The notes: generated by a model not told the origin, from the sequence alone. Shown: positions 16,558-27,327, numbered from the stretch's first letter. The stretch is 60,881 bases of DNA from Candidatus Ancaeobacter aquaticus (GCA_030765405.1 JAVCCP010000060.1:1-60881), one strand, 5' to 3'. Numbers and translations are program-made.

Positions 16558-19437
16558 TTAATAATTACTATTTCTTCCCGTGTTATTATGTATGCTTAAT
16601 AGCTCTTTACTAAAATTCTTTTTCGCTATCAGTTTCTCGAGTGATATGTGCATTCTGTATTTCCAGTAATGATGCGGATTTGCCGGGTTGTTTATCTGTT
16701 CGGCTTTTGGATCTCCTGGATAACGCAGTTCCTGACTCATAGCAAGAATATCCTGTATGGGAAAGATCGCCCACATTGACGGTGACTCAAGATGTCGCAC
16801 AATAATATCCTGACTTATCCACGATTCACAGTAAAGCGGTGCTTCACCATGATGCCCTAAAATCTCGTTATAGTATTTTTGAGTTGTTTTACGGTTTTCT
16901 TCCCACCATGCGCGTATAGTTGACATGTCATGACTTGACGTTGTGCATACTGTAAGGTATCCATACTCATGCGGATACCCAAACATTCTATCTGATTCCT
17001 GAGGCATGCGTTGAATACACAACCCAAGAATATTAAGCTCTCTCATTACGGAAGGAACACAATTCGGTATCATACCTAAGTCTTCACCTGCTATAAGCAT
17101 TCGGGAAGCATCTTTTATTATCGGTAACTTTATCATCGCCTGCTCACGCCAAAACTCTTCTTGTCGATGATAAAAATAGTCCATGTACAGCTCTTGTAAA
17201 ATATTTTTCAGCCATACATCTAAACAATTATACGAATACGTGTTCATCATATTTATCCGAGGATGAAAACCGTCTTTGTCTTGATCTTTAAATAGGATTA
17301 TGTTTGTAACCAGAGCAAAAAGCCCTTCTCTTAACTTTTCTTTTTTATCTTTTAAATCTACGGGGATATCATCCGAGGCGGTAATATGATTTACAATTTT
17401 TTTCTGAGAATTGTATTCAGGCTTTAATCTAAAACAATTATTCTTTTCTGTCTCAAGATATTCAGCTTTCACGCGATCAGTATCTTCACCAAACAACTGT
17501 CTCAAAAGTTCAGTAGTAATATATGGCTGACACAACCGATTGAAATCCCATATACCCTTGGCTTCCAACTCTTCTCTAAATAACGGTATCGCTGGATTAA
17601 AATGTCCCATTATTCCCGTTACCGCATCATGAGGGATTTCCCATATCCTAAAAAACCCGAGAACATGGTCAAGCCTGATCATTTGAAAATAGTTTGACAT
17701 AAGGGTAAAGCGCCATCGCCACCATATATAATTCTGATATGCCATTTCATACCAATTATACGTAGGAAACCCCCAGTTTTGCCCTATGTCTGAAAATGGA
17801 TCAGGCGGCGCACCGGCATTTTGTTTGAGATTAAAAAGCGATGGATTCGTCCAACATGAATCACTGCATTTATTTATACCAATAGGAATATCCCCTTTTA
17901 AGACCACCCGTTTGCGCTGGGCATATTGCGACGCTTCTAAAAACTGTACATGCAAATGATATTGGACAAAATAATAAAACGCTACCTTATCATACTCTTT
18001 AAATCGCGGTGCATTGAGTGCGGTTACCTGCTTTTCATTAATACGCGAGTGATCTCCCCAGGTATTGTAATCGCTCGTGCCCTGTAGATCGCGCAAATAA
18101 CAAAATGCCGCATATGGTTCCAACCAATATGAATTTTCCCTATAGAATTTCTTAAACCCTGCTGACTGTAAACATTTATTTTTTTCTTTGATAAATATCT
18201 CGCGAGCATACCGCAGTTTTAGAGATATCACTTCTTCATAATGCACATGATCGTTTTCATTTAATATTTTCTGATGTTTTTTTATTTCTGCACTCATAGC
18301 ACTTGAGAGCGTGCCTATAGACTGAATACGTAAATAGAGAGGGTGCAAGGCAAACACTGACAGCCCGGAATACGGGTAGGAATCCCACCAGTTCATATTG
18401 ACCGATGTATCATTAACCGGTAAGAGCTGCACGAGCTTCATTCCCGATTGAGATACCCAATCAACAAGCAGTTTAATATCAAGAAACTCACCAACACCAA
18501 AACTGTTTTTAGTCCTGAGCGAAAACACCGGCACAGCAACACCGGCACCTCTCCAATTTTTTTTGTGTCGGAAATTGTTGTTTGTTACCACTATATATCT
18601 TTTAGAATCTTCATGTAATGAAACCAGTGACTGGCGAGATTCTTTTTCTCCGAGACCATGTATGAAATAGATACTGCTCAAGACTCTGTTATCTGACCCT
18701 TCTTCATAGACCAGCACTTTCCCCTTTTTATCTTTAATAATATATTTATAGCTAAACGGGATATCTTCATTCCCAAGCACAACATCAACTACCCACAAAG
18801 GATAGTGCTCAGCATGTAAGGGTAGTGCTTTTTTTGGATCCCATGAACCCAGAGCAGGTACGCTACCAACCACATATATCGAATGGTCATTATCAACACG
18901 TGGTGCAACGACTTGTAGCCTCACAACAATTGCGGGGAGGGGGGTTCCACCCCTTTCATCACCCTTCTGACGAATATGTGATACCCGCTGCTGGTTATGT
19001 CTTTTATATAGCACGTCAGTGAATGCTGAGGTAAGCATTATATTCTCTGTATCACTTACATCACGCCATGAGTCACGCATATCAATATAGTGCATGTTTC
19101 TCAAAACCACACTGATTTCTTTACCGGATACAAACACGCGGTTATTACTAGCTTCCCATCTCACTGTACCGTTATCACGCCGAATAATATATTTATATTC
19201 AAACAATTTGCTGTGTTCTTTTGATAGCATCACTTCAGTCTTCCATTCGTCACCGGGAAAATATGTCATCGCGTTTGCTTTTTTTATGTCCCAACTACCA
19301 AGCTCAGGATGTGACCCGACCAAAAATACCTGTTCCCCCCATACAGTGTGACAGGTACAGGTAAAACGCATTTTTATCTTGTTTGATTTTTGCACACGGT
19401 TTGAATGTGCTGCACTAGTTTTTTTCTTCATACACAT
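16558..19437 (-). CDS. malQ: 4-alpha-glucanotransferase (GH77, DPE2-type with two CBM20 domains)
   Basis: Two CBM20 domains; GAGVAVPVFSLR, KGDIPIG, RLDHVLGFFRIWEIP and GEDLG motifs. Confidence 0.92.
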   Translation of the reverse strand: MCMKKKTSAAHSNRVQKSNKIKMRFTCTCHTVWGEQVFLVGSHPELGSWDIKKANAMTYFPGDEWKTEVMLSKEHSKLFEYKYIIRRDNGTVRWEASNNRVFVSGKEISVVLRNMHYIDMRDSWRDVSDTENIMLTSAFTDVLYKRHNQQRVSHIRQKGDERGGTPLPAIVVRLQVVAPRVDNDHSIYVVGSVPALGSWDPKKALPLHAEHYPLWVVDVVLGNEDIPFSYKYIIKDKKGKVLVYEEGSDNRVLSSIYFIHGLGEKESRQSLVSLHEDSKRYIVVTNNNFRHKKNWRGAGVAVPVFSLRTKNSFGVGEFLDIKLLVDWVSQSGMKLVQLLPVNDTSVNMNWWDSYPYSGLSVFALHPLYLRIQSIGTLSSAMSAEIKKHQKILNENDHVHYEEVISLKLRYAREIFIKEKNKCLQSAGFKKFYRENSYWLEPYAAFCYLRDLQGTSDYNTWGDHSRINEKQVTALNAPRFKEYDKVAFYYFVQYHLHVQFLEASQYAQRKRVVLKGDIPIGINKCSDSCWTNPSLFNLKQNAGAPPDPFSDIGQNWGFPTYNWYEMAYQNYIWWRWRFTLMSNYFQMIRLDHVLGFFRIWEIPHDAVTGIMGHFNPAIPLFREELEAKGIWDFNRLCQPYITTELLRQLFGEDTDRVKAEYLETEKNNCFRLKPEYNSQKKIVNHITASDDIPVDLKDKKEKLREGLFALVTNIILFKDQDKDGFHPRINMMNTYSYNCLDVWLKNILQELYMDYFYHRQEEFWREQAMIKLPIIKDASRMLIAGEDLGMIPNCVPSVMRELNILGLCIQRMPQESDRMFGYPHEYGYLTVCTTSSHDMSTIRAWWEENRKTTQKYYNEILGHHGEAPLYCESWISQDIIVRHLESPSMWAIFPIQDILAMSQELRYPGDPKAEQINNPANPHHYWKYRMHISLEKLIAKKNFSKELLSIHNNTGRNSNY

Positions 19438-19458
19438 GCCCCAAATTAATATATGGTC

Positions 19459-20787
19459 TTATGCCGCTATTTGTTCTTTATATTCTTCCGGGCCCTTGTC
19501 ACATACACGCAACACAAGTATCGCGCTTACGATCATACATATACCCCCGGATACAACTCCAAGAGTACGATTATCACCAAGAATATGACCCATAATCCAC
19601 CCAAAGAAAAGAGAGATGATAATTTCCGGTATTGTGATAAACAAATTAAACACTCCCATGAATACACCCATCTTTTCTGGAGGTAAAACATCGGCAAGAA
19701 TAGAATAAGGGATAATCATAACACCAGCGTACATTACACCGACACCAGCCATCGCAAGAATAAGCATATATTGATTTTTTATAAAATAAATGCTGATAAG
19801 GCCTGTTGCGCCGCATAAGAGACAAAGAATGAATGTTCCTTTACGGGTCAGTATTTTCGTAATATACGGTATTACCATTGACACAAAAAAACAGACAACA
19901 CCGTACGCACCAAAACACACGCCTGCCCATTCAACACCTTCTATATATACATGTGACCCCTGTTCGGTCGCACCAAACACATGACGGGCAACAGTTACCG
20001 GAAAATACATGAACATACAGAATAAACCCATCCATGCAAATACTTGTACCCAGGCAAGCTGTTTCATCGTTGCGGGCATTTTCCCCAAATCTGATACCAT
20101 CTCTTTAAAGCCTACCATCATTCCGGTCTTTTCATTTCTCATCTTGTTGAATGCTTCCATATCTTCCGGAGGATATTCCTTCGCGGTAAACACTGTCCAC
20201 AATATACACACCATAAACACGCCTGCGCCGATATAAAATGAAAGTTTTACCACCCAAGGAACACCATGTGCACCAACTGTCTGCGTAAATCCAAAAACAT
20301 GCTCCAATACATACGGTAACGTTGACGCCAATACTGACCCCATTGCAATTAAAACACTTTGGACAGCATAGCCCTTTGTCATTTGGTTTTTATTTAAATT
20401 GTCAGCGACAATTGCGCGAAACGGGCCCATGCTTACATTCACCGATCCATCAAGTATCCACAAAAGTCCCGCAGCCATCCACAAAGCGGCACTATTAGGC
20501 ATAAGAACAAGTGCACAGGAAGCGAGTATCGCGCCGACAAGAAAGAACGGTTTACGGCGACCTAATTTACACCATGTACGATCGCTCCACCTTCCAATGA
20601 TTGGCTGGATCAAGAGCCCGGTCATTGGTCCTGCTAGCCAAAGTATTGGTATTTGAGAAGGACTTGCGCCCAAATATTCATATATCGCGCTCATGTTGGC
20701 CATCTGCAAACCCCACCCGAATTGAATACCAAAAAAACCGAAACTCATGTTCCAGATTTGCCAAAAGCTCAAGCGTGGTCTTTCCAT
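19459..20787 (-). CDS. MFS sugar transporter (maltose/SLC45-like)
   Basis: IWNMSFGFFGIQFGWGLQ and GRRKPFFLVG motifs; 12-TM hydrophobicity pattern. Confidence 0.9.
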   Translation of the reverse strand: MERPRLSFWQIWNMSFGFFGIQFGWGLQMANMSAIYEYLGASPSQIPILWLAGPMTGLLIQPIIGRWSDRTWCKLGRRKPFFLVGAILASCALVLMPNSAALWMAAGLLWILDGSVNVSMGPFRAIVADNLNKNQMTKGYAVQSVLIAMGSVLASTLPYVLEHVFGFTQTVGAHGVPWVVKLSFYIGAGVFMVCILWTVFTAKEYPPEDMEAFNKMRNEKTGMMVGFKEMVSDLGKMPATMKQLAWVQVFAWMGLFCMFMYFPVTVARHVFGATEQGSHVYIEGVEWAGVCFGAYGVVCFFVSMVIPYITKILTRKGTFILCLLCGATGLISIYFIKNQYMLILAMAGVGVMYAGVMIIPYSILADVLPPEKMGVFMGVFNLFITIPEIIISLFFGWIMGHILGDNRTLGVVSGGICMIVSAILVLRVCDKGPEEYKEQIAA

Positions 20788-20856
20788 CTTCGTCTCTCCC
20801 TGTTTTATTTATTGTCCGGATTATTATACTCAGGGAGAGATTTCTCACCCCCTTAT

Positions 20857-20895
20857 AAAAAAAAGGAAGAATCATATAGATTCTTCCTTTTTTTT
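20857..20895. terminator. Perfect 17-bp-arm terminator about 70 nt upstream of the MFS start
   Basis: A8GGAAGAATC-atata-GATTCTTCCT8. Confidence 0.85.
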
Positions 20896-20957
20896 ATTTA
20901 TGTATTCATCGGCATTCTATGATCGTGCCTCGCGTTATGTTTGTAATATTTATCGCT

Positions 20958-20986
20958 ATTATATAGCAATACGAGTGATTTTACAA
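20958..20986 (-). promoter_or_regulatory. Sigma70-type promoter upstream of that terminator
   Basis: TTGTAA-17-TATAAT on the minus strand. Confidence 0.55.
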
Positions 20987-21018
20987 TACAACTTTTTGAT
21001 TTAGTAAACGTGTTATGC

Positions 21019-21912
21019 CTATTCCTCTACTGCTTCAAGCGATACTGTTTGCTCCATGTTCAGTTGTTTAACCATATTCTTTCCGCTTGCTTTTGCTTCA
21101 TACATAAGCGTATCAGCATGCTTAAGCAGCACATCTAAAGTCAACAAATGGTCTACGTCTGACACTGTCACCGCGCCAATGCTTAACGTTACGCTCATTT
21201 TCCTCTCTTGCATTATGTCTTCAAATGCTTTTTTTATCCTTTCAACAGCAATAAACGCTTCATCAAAACTTGTTTCGGGATATAATACGGCAAACTCATC
21301 TCCGCCGAGACGACCAACAACATCGGTATTTCTTACCGAACGTTTTATGGCTTCTGCGACATCGCATAAAAGTCTGTCTCCTGTCTTATGACCATTGTCA
21401 TCATTTACTTTCTTAAAATTATCTACGTCAAGATACACAAGCGTCAGGGGATGATGATAACGAAATGCGCGGTTCACTTCATTCTGTGCCATTTCACAAA
21501 AAAAACGCCTATTGGCTAACTGCGTGAGAAAATCTGTACGCGCTTGTACTTTTTCTCTGTCTAAAGATTCTTTAAATTCGGATAGAATACGAATAATAAT
21601 AAGAAAAAACACACCGTTAACAACTATGTTCCAATAAGGAATGAGTGTGTCAATATATGACCGAGACATGACAACATCGCCAATCACCCATGAGACGATA
21701 CACAACGCCAAAACAAAAACACCAGCGATTGCATTGATATACCACACGGTAAAAAAGAGCGGTATGAGATAAAATACAGTGAACGCGAGCTGCATGTGGG
21801 CATATGCATCCATTATTCCGAGGATAGCAACAAGGAGGGCAGATAAGACTAATATTGAATACGGAGAAAAAGATTTTTCTTCTATGCTATTATCTCGGAG
21901 TATGTATTTCAT
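21019..21912 (-). CDS. Membrane diguanylate cyclase
   Basis: N-terminal TMs; DVDNFKKVND and GRLGGDEF motifs. Confidence 0.92.
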   Translation of the reverse strand: MKYILRDNSIEEKSFSPYSILVLSALLVAILGIMDAYAHMQLAFTVFYLIPLFFTVWYINAIAGVFVLALCIVSWVIGDVVMSRSYIDTLIPYWNIVVNGVFFLIIIRILSEFKESLDREKVQARTDFLTQLANRRFFCEMAQNEVNRAFRYHHPLTLVYLDVDNFKKVNDDNGHKTGDRLLCDVAEAIKRSVRNTDVVGRLGGDEFAVLYPETSFDEAFIAVERIKKAFEDIMQERKMSVTLSIGAVTVSDVDHLLTLDVLLKHADTLMYEAKASGKNMVKQLNMEQTVSLEAVEE

Positions 21913-21925
21913 CTCGTTTCAGCTC

Positions 21926-22984
21926 TTATTGCTTCTTTTTTTTGTAATAGGTATCAAGAAGTTTTAGTAATCGCGCAGGTACCCGATACCCTAATTGCAT
22001 GGCTTTATCTAAATCTTCTTTACACGCATCAAACTTTTTCTTAACACTGTACGCTACCCCTCTATTATAATACGCTTCGGCAAACTGAGGGTTCAAATCT
22101 ACCGCCTTTGAATAATCCGCAATCGCTTTATCATAGTCTTTTTTCTTGTAATACGAAACACCTCGATTATGATACACAAAAAATATGTTAGGATCTATTT
22201 GTATCGCTTTACTGTAATCTGAAAGAGATTCTTCAATATTACTTTTTTTGTATTCTGCAACACCTCGATTACTATACGCAAGCGCACTCTTGGGATTTGC
22301 CTCTATTGCGCTGGTATAAGCAGCATGCGCATCATCAACTTTATTCAGCGCCATACATATGTCACCTTTTCCCATATGCACAAGGCTGTTTCGCGGATCA
22401 ATGGTAAGTGCCTGTGTATAATCATTAAGTGCATTATCATAGTCTTTCATTCCTGCATACACGCTTGCCCGTCCAATATATGATTTTACATAAAGCGGAT
22501 TAATTGCAATCGCTTTTGTAAAGTCATTGACCGCTTCTGTTGTGCTCCCTGTTGCTGAATAAGTTAATCCCCTATTGTGGTACAGTATTGCGCGGTTAGG
22601 ACTGCACTGAATAGCGTTATTAAAATCTGAAAGCGCTTTTTCATACTGGCCGGCGTCAAAATGCATGAGCCCTCGGTTATTGTACGCAAGATCAATTTGA
22701 GGATTCAATGTTATCGCTGAGGTATAATCACTCATTGCCTTATCATTTTCACCCCATTGAGTGTACAGTAACCCTCGATTATAATATGCGAGCGCGTTTT
22801 CAGGATCGTTCTCTATAATCTCATTAACGTGCGCAAACGCTTCTTCATACATACCTTTTTTATACTTGTCGACAACCTCGACAAGTGATGCGTTGTCACT
22901 ATCGGCTTGTGTACCGCCTTCACAAGCTGCCGTACCGGCAACGCTGATACATAGTAAGAGACATAGATATACCTGTCTTTTCAT
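21926..22984 (-). CDS. Exported TPR-repeat protein
   Basis: Signal peptide; about 9 AYxNRG-type 34-aa repeats. Confidence 0.9.
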   Translation of the reverse strand: MKRQVYLCLLLCISVAGTAACEGGTQADSDNASLVEVVDKYKKGMYEEAFAHVNEIIENDPENALAYYNRGLLYTQWGENDKAMSDYTSAITLNPQIDLAYNNRGLMHFDAGQYEKALSDFNNAIQCSPNRAILYHNRGLTYSATGSTTEAVNDFTKAIAINPLYVKSYIGRASVYAGMKDYDNALNDYTQALTIDPRNSLVHMGKGDICMALNKVDDAHAAYTSAIEANPKSALAYSNRGVAEYKKSNIEESLSDYSKAIQIDPNIFFVYHNRGVSYYKKKDYDKAIADYSKAVDLNPQFAEAYYNRGVAYSVKKKFDACKEDLDKAMQLGYRVPARLLKLLDTYYKKKKQ

Positions 22985-23000
22985 ATTCTCTCAGAACCTC

Positions 23001-23414
23001 TTATCCCTGTAACACATTCAGTGCTTTTGCATTATCATTTGTTGATAATACCAGTCGCGATGACGATGCGCTTCCTGCAGTAGTCCCAGACACATGCTGC
23101 AGATCTATACCGTTTTGGGCAAGCGTCTCACAAAACTCCTGCAGTATGCCCGTTTTATTTTCTAAGTCAACGATCACCACTTCTTTTTCGCTTATAGCGT
23201 CATATCCTGCAGCCTTTAAAGTTTCAGATGCCGCATCATTATTATCTGTCACTATAATTACTTCTGCATCACTGGTATTATCCTTTTTATATCCAGCTAT
23301 TGCTTCAATATTTATTCCTTTTCCTGCCACTAAAGATGCTATTTTTGCCAGACCGCCAATTTCATTCTTTATGACAATAAGTAACTCTTTTGACAAAACT
23401 GCATTCTGTCCCAT
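23001..23414 (-). CDS. ACT-domain protein (two ACT repeats)
   Basis: NEIGGLAKIASLVAGKGINIEAI and NKTGILQEFCETLAQNGIDL. Confidence 0.85.
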   Translation of the reverse strand: MGQNAVLSKELLIVIKNEIGGLAKIASLVAGKGINIEAIAGYKKDNTSDAEVIIVTDNNDAASETLKAAGYDAISEKEVVIVDLENKTGILQEFCETLAQNGIDLQHVSGTTAGSASSSRLVLSTNDNAKALNVLQG

Positions 23415-23619
23415 ATATACCTCCCTTATTTCGTGGTTCGGTTATCATCATGATTCGGTTATCACACATGGTTATACGTGCTCACCATCACACAGATGAA
23501 TTATACCCCTACACTCCATATTCTTGAAGATAAATATTATAGATTTTCCCAGATTGCGTTCATATTGTTGAAAATATTTTTTTGCTTTATCGTTATTTAT
23601 TGATATACTGTTATATCTT

Positions 23620-24564
23620 ATGAAAACATCTATTCTTACGATAACATTAAATCCGGCTATCGATAAAACACTCATCGTTCCACATTTCAAAATTGGTAAT
23701 GAATCTCGTGAACAAGGACTTACTCTGAGTGCCGGCGGTAAAGGCCTGAACGTATCGCGCGTATTGAAACATCTTGGATTAGCAAACACTGCCGCGGGCT
23801 TTGCGGGCGGGTCTCATGCGACATTCTTAAAAAGACAGCTTACAGAAGAAAAAATACATTACTATTTCTGCCCCATAGAAAATAATTCCCGTACCAGTGT
23901 TACGATTATTGATCCATTGGGAAATACAATTACCCGTATCATGGAAAACGGGCCCGTTATATCAGCTAAAGAAGCGGCAGCTTTCATGCAACGGATTAGG
24001 GAGATTATTCCCAATTACCACTATATTGTTATATCCGGCAAGAACGCTCCCGGCCTCCCTGATACAATGTACGCCGATCTTTTAGGTGTCGCCAAGAAAC
24101 ACAACTTGTTCACCGTGCTTGATACGAGCGGCAAGCCATATGCATGCGGCCTCAAGAAAAAACCGTTTATGATCGCGCCAAATCTTAAGGAAGCCGAGGA
24201 GGCAACAGGAAACACATCGCTTACCCTGAAAAAAATAAAACAGACGTTAGTTGGTTTTCACCGGGCTGGCATTAAGATCGCTACCGTCACTATGGGCCCA
24301 CGCGGCGCAATGGCATACAACGGAAAAGAAATGCTCCATGCGATTCCTCCCCGCGTAGACAGAAAAAATCCTGTCGGATGCGGAGATGCATTCATCGCAG
24401 GATTTATTGCCTCACATGCTGAAGGGAATGACTTTGCTAAAAATGTCCGTATGGCTACCGCATGCGGGACTGCAAACGTGTTGAGCATAAAACCAGGCCT
24501 TGTAACACCGCGGGTCGTGAAACAAATCTTTAAAGAGGTACAGGTAAAAGCAGTTACACTATAA
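23620..24564 (+). CDS. 1-phosphofructokinase-family hexose kinase (PfkB)
   Basis: ITLNPAID, GGKGLNVSR and NPVGCGDAF motifs. Confidence 0.92.
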   Translation: MKTSILTITLNPAIDKTLIVPHFKIGNESREQGLTLSAGGKGLNVSRVLKHLGLANTAAGFAGGSHATFLKRQLTEEKIHYYFCPIENNSRTSVTIIDPLGNTITRIMENGPVISAKEAAAFMQRIREIIPNYHYIVISGKNAPGLPDTMYADLLGVAKKHNLFTVLDTSGKPYACGLKKKPFMIAPNLKEAEEATGNTSLTLKKIKQTLVGFHRAGIKIATVTMGPRGAMAYNGKEMLHAIPPRVDRKNPVGCGDAFIAGFIASHAEGNDFAKNVRMATACGTANVLSIKPGLVTPRVVKQIFKEVQVKAVTL

Positions 24565-24598
24565 TCGCATACACGTAAAAGAATACCCCTTTATCCTA

Positions 24599-25345
24599 TC
24601 ACATATACCAAGCAGCTTCTTTATCTACCAAATAAGTCACTATTCCATCTTGCAGGCGAATCAACGCCGCAGGTAAATCACACGCGGTGTTTTTTAATAC
24701 TTTTACCACCTGATAAGCTTTATCTTTGCCGCTCATGAGAAAGACAATGTGCTTTGCCTGATTCAGTACCGGAAAAGTAAGTGTAATGCGCTCATGGTTC
24801 ACGGTATCGTTTTTAACTGAAACGACCCACCTTTTTCGTTCACTAAGTGATGTCAGTCCCGGAAAAAGTGATGCAGTATGTCCATCACCACCAATCCCAA
24901 GAAACATAAGATCAAACCGGGGAAACTGTATATTGCGCGCACAGAAAAATTCTTTTATAGCATCTTCATATCCTCGTGCAGCATTTTCAGCAGTATTGTT
25001 TTCTACCGGTACGCGCACAACATGTGCAGGAATAATGCCAAGAGGTTTTACCATATTCTCATATATTGATTTATAGTTATTATCATCATGATCAATGCCA
25101 ACATATCGTTCGTCAACTTGAAAAATATAGGTATCTTTCCAGGGAAGCTCTTTTTTGAGTGTTGCACATTTCTGATATAATGGAATAGGTGTACTTCCGC
25201 CGGATAACGCGACAGTGAAATATCCTTTTTCTTCAATTGCTTCTGCAGCCGTTTCTTTCCAGGTGGTAAGTGCCGCATCAATAAGACTATTGCGGTCAGG
25301 TACAATTTGAATTATTTTGTTTTCCGCGCTCACAGTGGTCTCCAC
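24599..25345 (-). CDS. pgl: 6-phosphogluconolactonase
   Basis: ALSGGSTP, DERYV, LGIGGDGHTASLFP and ERITLT motifs. Confidence 0.93.
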   Translation of the reverse strand: METTVSAENKIIQIVPDRNSLIDAALTTWKETAAEAIEEKGYFTVALSGGSTPIPLYQKCATLKKELPWKDTYIFQVDERYVGIDHDDNNYKSIYENMVKPLGIIPAHVVRVPVENNTAENAARGYEDAIKEFFCARNIQFPRFDLMFLGIGGDGHTASLFPGLTSLSERKRWVVSVKNDTVNHERITLTFPVLNQAKHIVFLMSGKDKAYQVVKVLKNTACDLPAALIRLQDGIVTYLVDKEAAWYM

Positions 25346-26877
25346 AGCCGGCCATCTTTCTCTAGCAATTTATCAGCACCTTTCGGCCCCATACTACCGG
25401 CAGTATATAACGGGATATCCTCTGCATATGTTTTTTCCCATCGAGCGATGATCGGATCGACAATGTCCCACATAGCCAAAATACCGTCTTGCCGCGCAAA
25501 CAGCATTAAATCTCCCTTAATGCAATCGATGAGCAACCTCTCATAATCAGGATTTCTTTTTGTATTAAATATTTTTTCATAATTAAAAAGCATATCTACA
25601 GGGCAGGTTCTGTTTCCCTGTCCGGGGTATTTCACGCTGAACTGCAGGGATATTTCCTGCTGTGGCTGGATATTAAAGACTAACGTGTTTGGTTCAGTAT
25701 TGTCACATGTGCGGCCAAATAGTTTTAACGGTGGATATTTAAACTCTATACTGATCTGGGTAGTGCGTTTTGCCAGCCGTTTACCGCTACGAACATAAAA
25801 TGGCACACCTGACCAGCGCCAATTGTCTATATAGAATGTCCCGGCAAAATATGTAGGCATACAAGAAGATGGAGAAACATTCTTTTCCCGCCGGTACGCG
25901 TTTACAGCCTTACCGCTAATATCGCCTTCTGCATACTGTCCCGCGACGGTATGCAGATCAATATAGGAATCATCCATTTTTCGCAATTCGTGAACCACCT
26001 TTATCTTTTCGTCTCGAACATAATCCGCCTCCATCCCTACGGGAGGCTCCATCGCAACAAGCGCTATAAGCTGCATCATGTGGTTTTGAATAATGTCCTG
26101 AAGGATTCCCGCCTGTTCATAAAACACGCCGCGATTCTCAATACCAATTTCTTCAGCTACTGTTATCTGCACATGATTAATATAATCTCTATTCCACACA
26201 GGTTCAAAGATAGTGTTTGTGAACCTAAAAAACAGTATGTTCTGTACACTTTCTTTCCCTAAATAATGATCTATGCGATACACCTGTTTTTCATTAAAAG
26301 CTTTTAATATACAGTTATTGAGTTCTTCTGCTGATTTTTTGTCACGACCAAAAGGTTTTTCTATAACGATTTTTGCATTCGCTTTGCTCCTGCACAGGTT
26401 TAATTTTGCTAACCGGTCAATGATCGGCGGAACAGCTTCAGGTGGTACTGCTAAATAATATATGAGGTTATCGCATTTATTCCTATTGCACAATTCGGTT
26501 ACTCGGCAGGACAGCGTGTCATAGGTCCCGTCAACAGTCTCATGAGCCTGTTCAAAGAAAAGATTTTCGCAAAAAGCGCTGCATTTTTCTACATCATACA
26601 TGTCCGGCGAAAATGTTTTAATGGCATCATGGGCGACTTTTCGATACTCGTCAGTTGATAGTTTCGTTCGCGCAAAACCAAGTATTGAAAAAGACTGGAT
26701 AAGGTTCTCACAAAACAAATGGTATAGCGACGGTAACAGCTTTCTTGTGCTGAGATCTCCCGCCCCACCGAAAATAACCATGGTAAACGGCCCAACCTTG
26801 AAATCATCTAAAGATATGTCACAACTTTGCAAAAACGGGCTTTGCACTTCAGTTGAGATCTTTTTCTCTGCCGTCAT
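25330..26877 (-). CDS. zwf: Glucose-6-phosphate 1-dehydrogenase
   Basis: GGAGDL, EKPFG, RIDHYLGKE and RWSGVPFYVRSGK motifs. Confidence 0.96.
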   Translation of the reverse strand: MTAEKKISTEVQSPFLQSCDISLDDFKVGPFTMVIFGGAGDLSTRKLLPSLYHLFCENLIQSFSILGFARTKLSTDEYRKVAHDAIKTFSPDMYDVEKCSAFCENLFFEQAHETVDGTYDTLSCRVTELCNRNKCDNLIYYLAVPPEAVPPIIDRLAKLNLCRSKANAKIVIEKPFGRDKKSAEELNNCILKAFNEKQVYRIDHYLGKESVQNILFFRFTNTIFEPVWNRDYINHVQITVAEEIGIENRGVFYEQAGILQDIIQNHMMQLIALVAMEPPVGMEADYVRDEKIKVVHELRKMDDSYIDLHTVAGQYAEGDISGKAVNAYRREKNVSPSSCMPTYFAGTFYIDNWRWSGVPFYVRSGKRLAKRTTQISIEFKYPPLKLFGRTCDNTEPNTLVFNIQPQQEISLQFSVKYPGQGNRTCPVDMLFNYEKIFNTKRNPDYERLLIDCIKGDLMLFARQDGILAMWDIVDPIIARWEKTYAEDIPLYTAGSMGPKGADKLLEKDGRLWRPL

Positions 26878-26883
26878 AGTGTG

Positions 26884-27306
26884 TTACTCACATTTTCTTG
26901 CTGTTGGCTTATACTTAAGAAAAGAAGCTTCAACACGGCTGATTTCCTGGACATAGGTATTTTCACGCCCATGTTCACTTTTCACATTTTTATTTTTTCT
27001 CTGGTACGAATTCCAATCCGTTGATTCGCCTCGCGCAATCTTGCCAAACTGCTGAATAAGTATCGCGTCAGCGCCTCGCATTTTTGCTTCCGCCAGCAGG
27101 TTATCCTGTATTGCACTGCCTGAGCCACTTGCAATAGCTTTCCCCATAACAATATAGTCACGAGGAATGTCTTCCTGATTAAAATAATAATCCACATATT
27201 GTGTACGAGGATAAGTTTGGCCAACATATTCAACCGTTGCACAGCCTGCCATAAAAACTACACTCAAAAACGCTACGGCCGCACATAGTGATCTTAAACG
27301 AAACAT
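26884..27306 (-). CDS. Lipoprotein of unknown function
   Basis: Lipobox MAGC after a hydrophobic stretch. Confidence 0.7.
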   Translation of the reverse strand: MFRLRSLCAAVAFLSVVFMAGCATVEYVGQTYPRTQYVDYYFNQEDIPRDYIVMGKAIASGSGSAIQDNLLAEAKMRGADAILIQQFGKIARGESTDWNSYQRKNKNVKSEHGRENTYVQEISRVEASFLKYKPTARKCE

Positions 27307-27327
27307 CTAATACTCCATCATAAAATA

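Noticed and set aside
18930..18960. G-rich hairpin in the malQ inter-CBM20 linker as an inserted element
   Set aside because: The stem is short and is explained by Gly/Pro linker codons
20678..20875. 65-aa minus-strand ORF starting inside the terminator
   Set aside because: Start lies in the hairpin loop with no RBS and it overlaps the MFS gene out of frame
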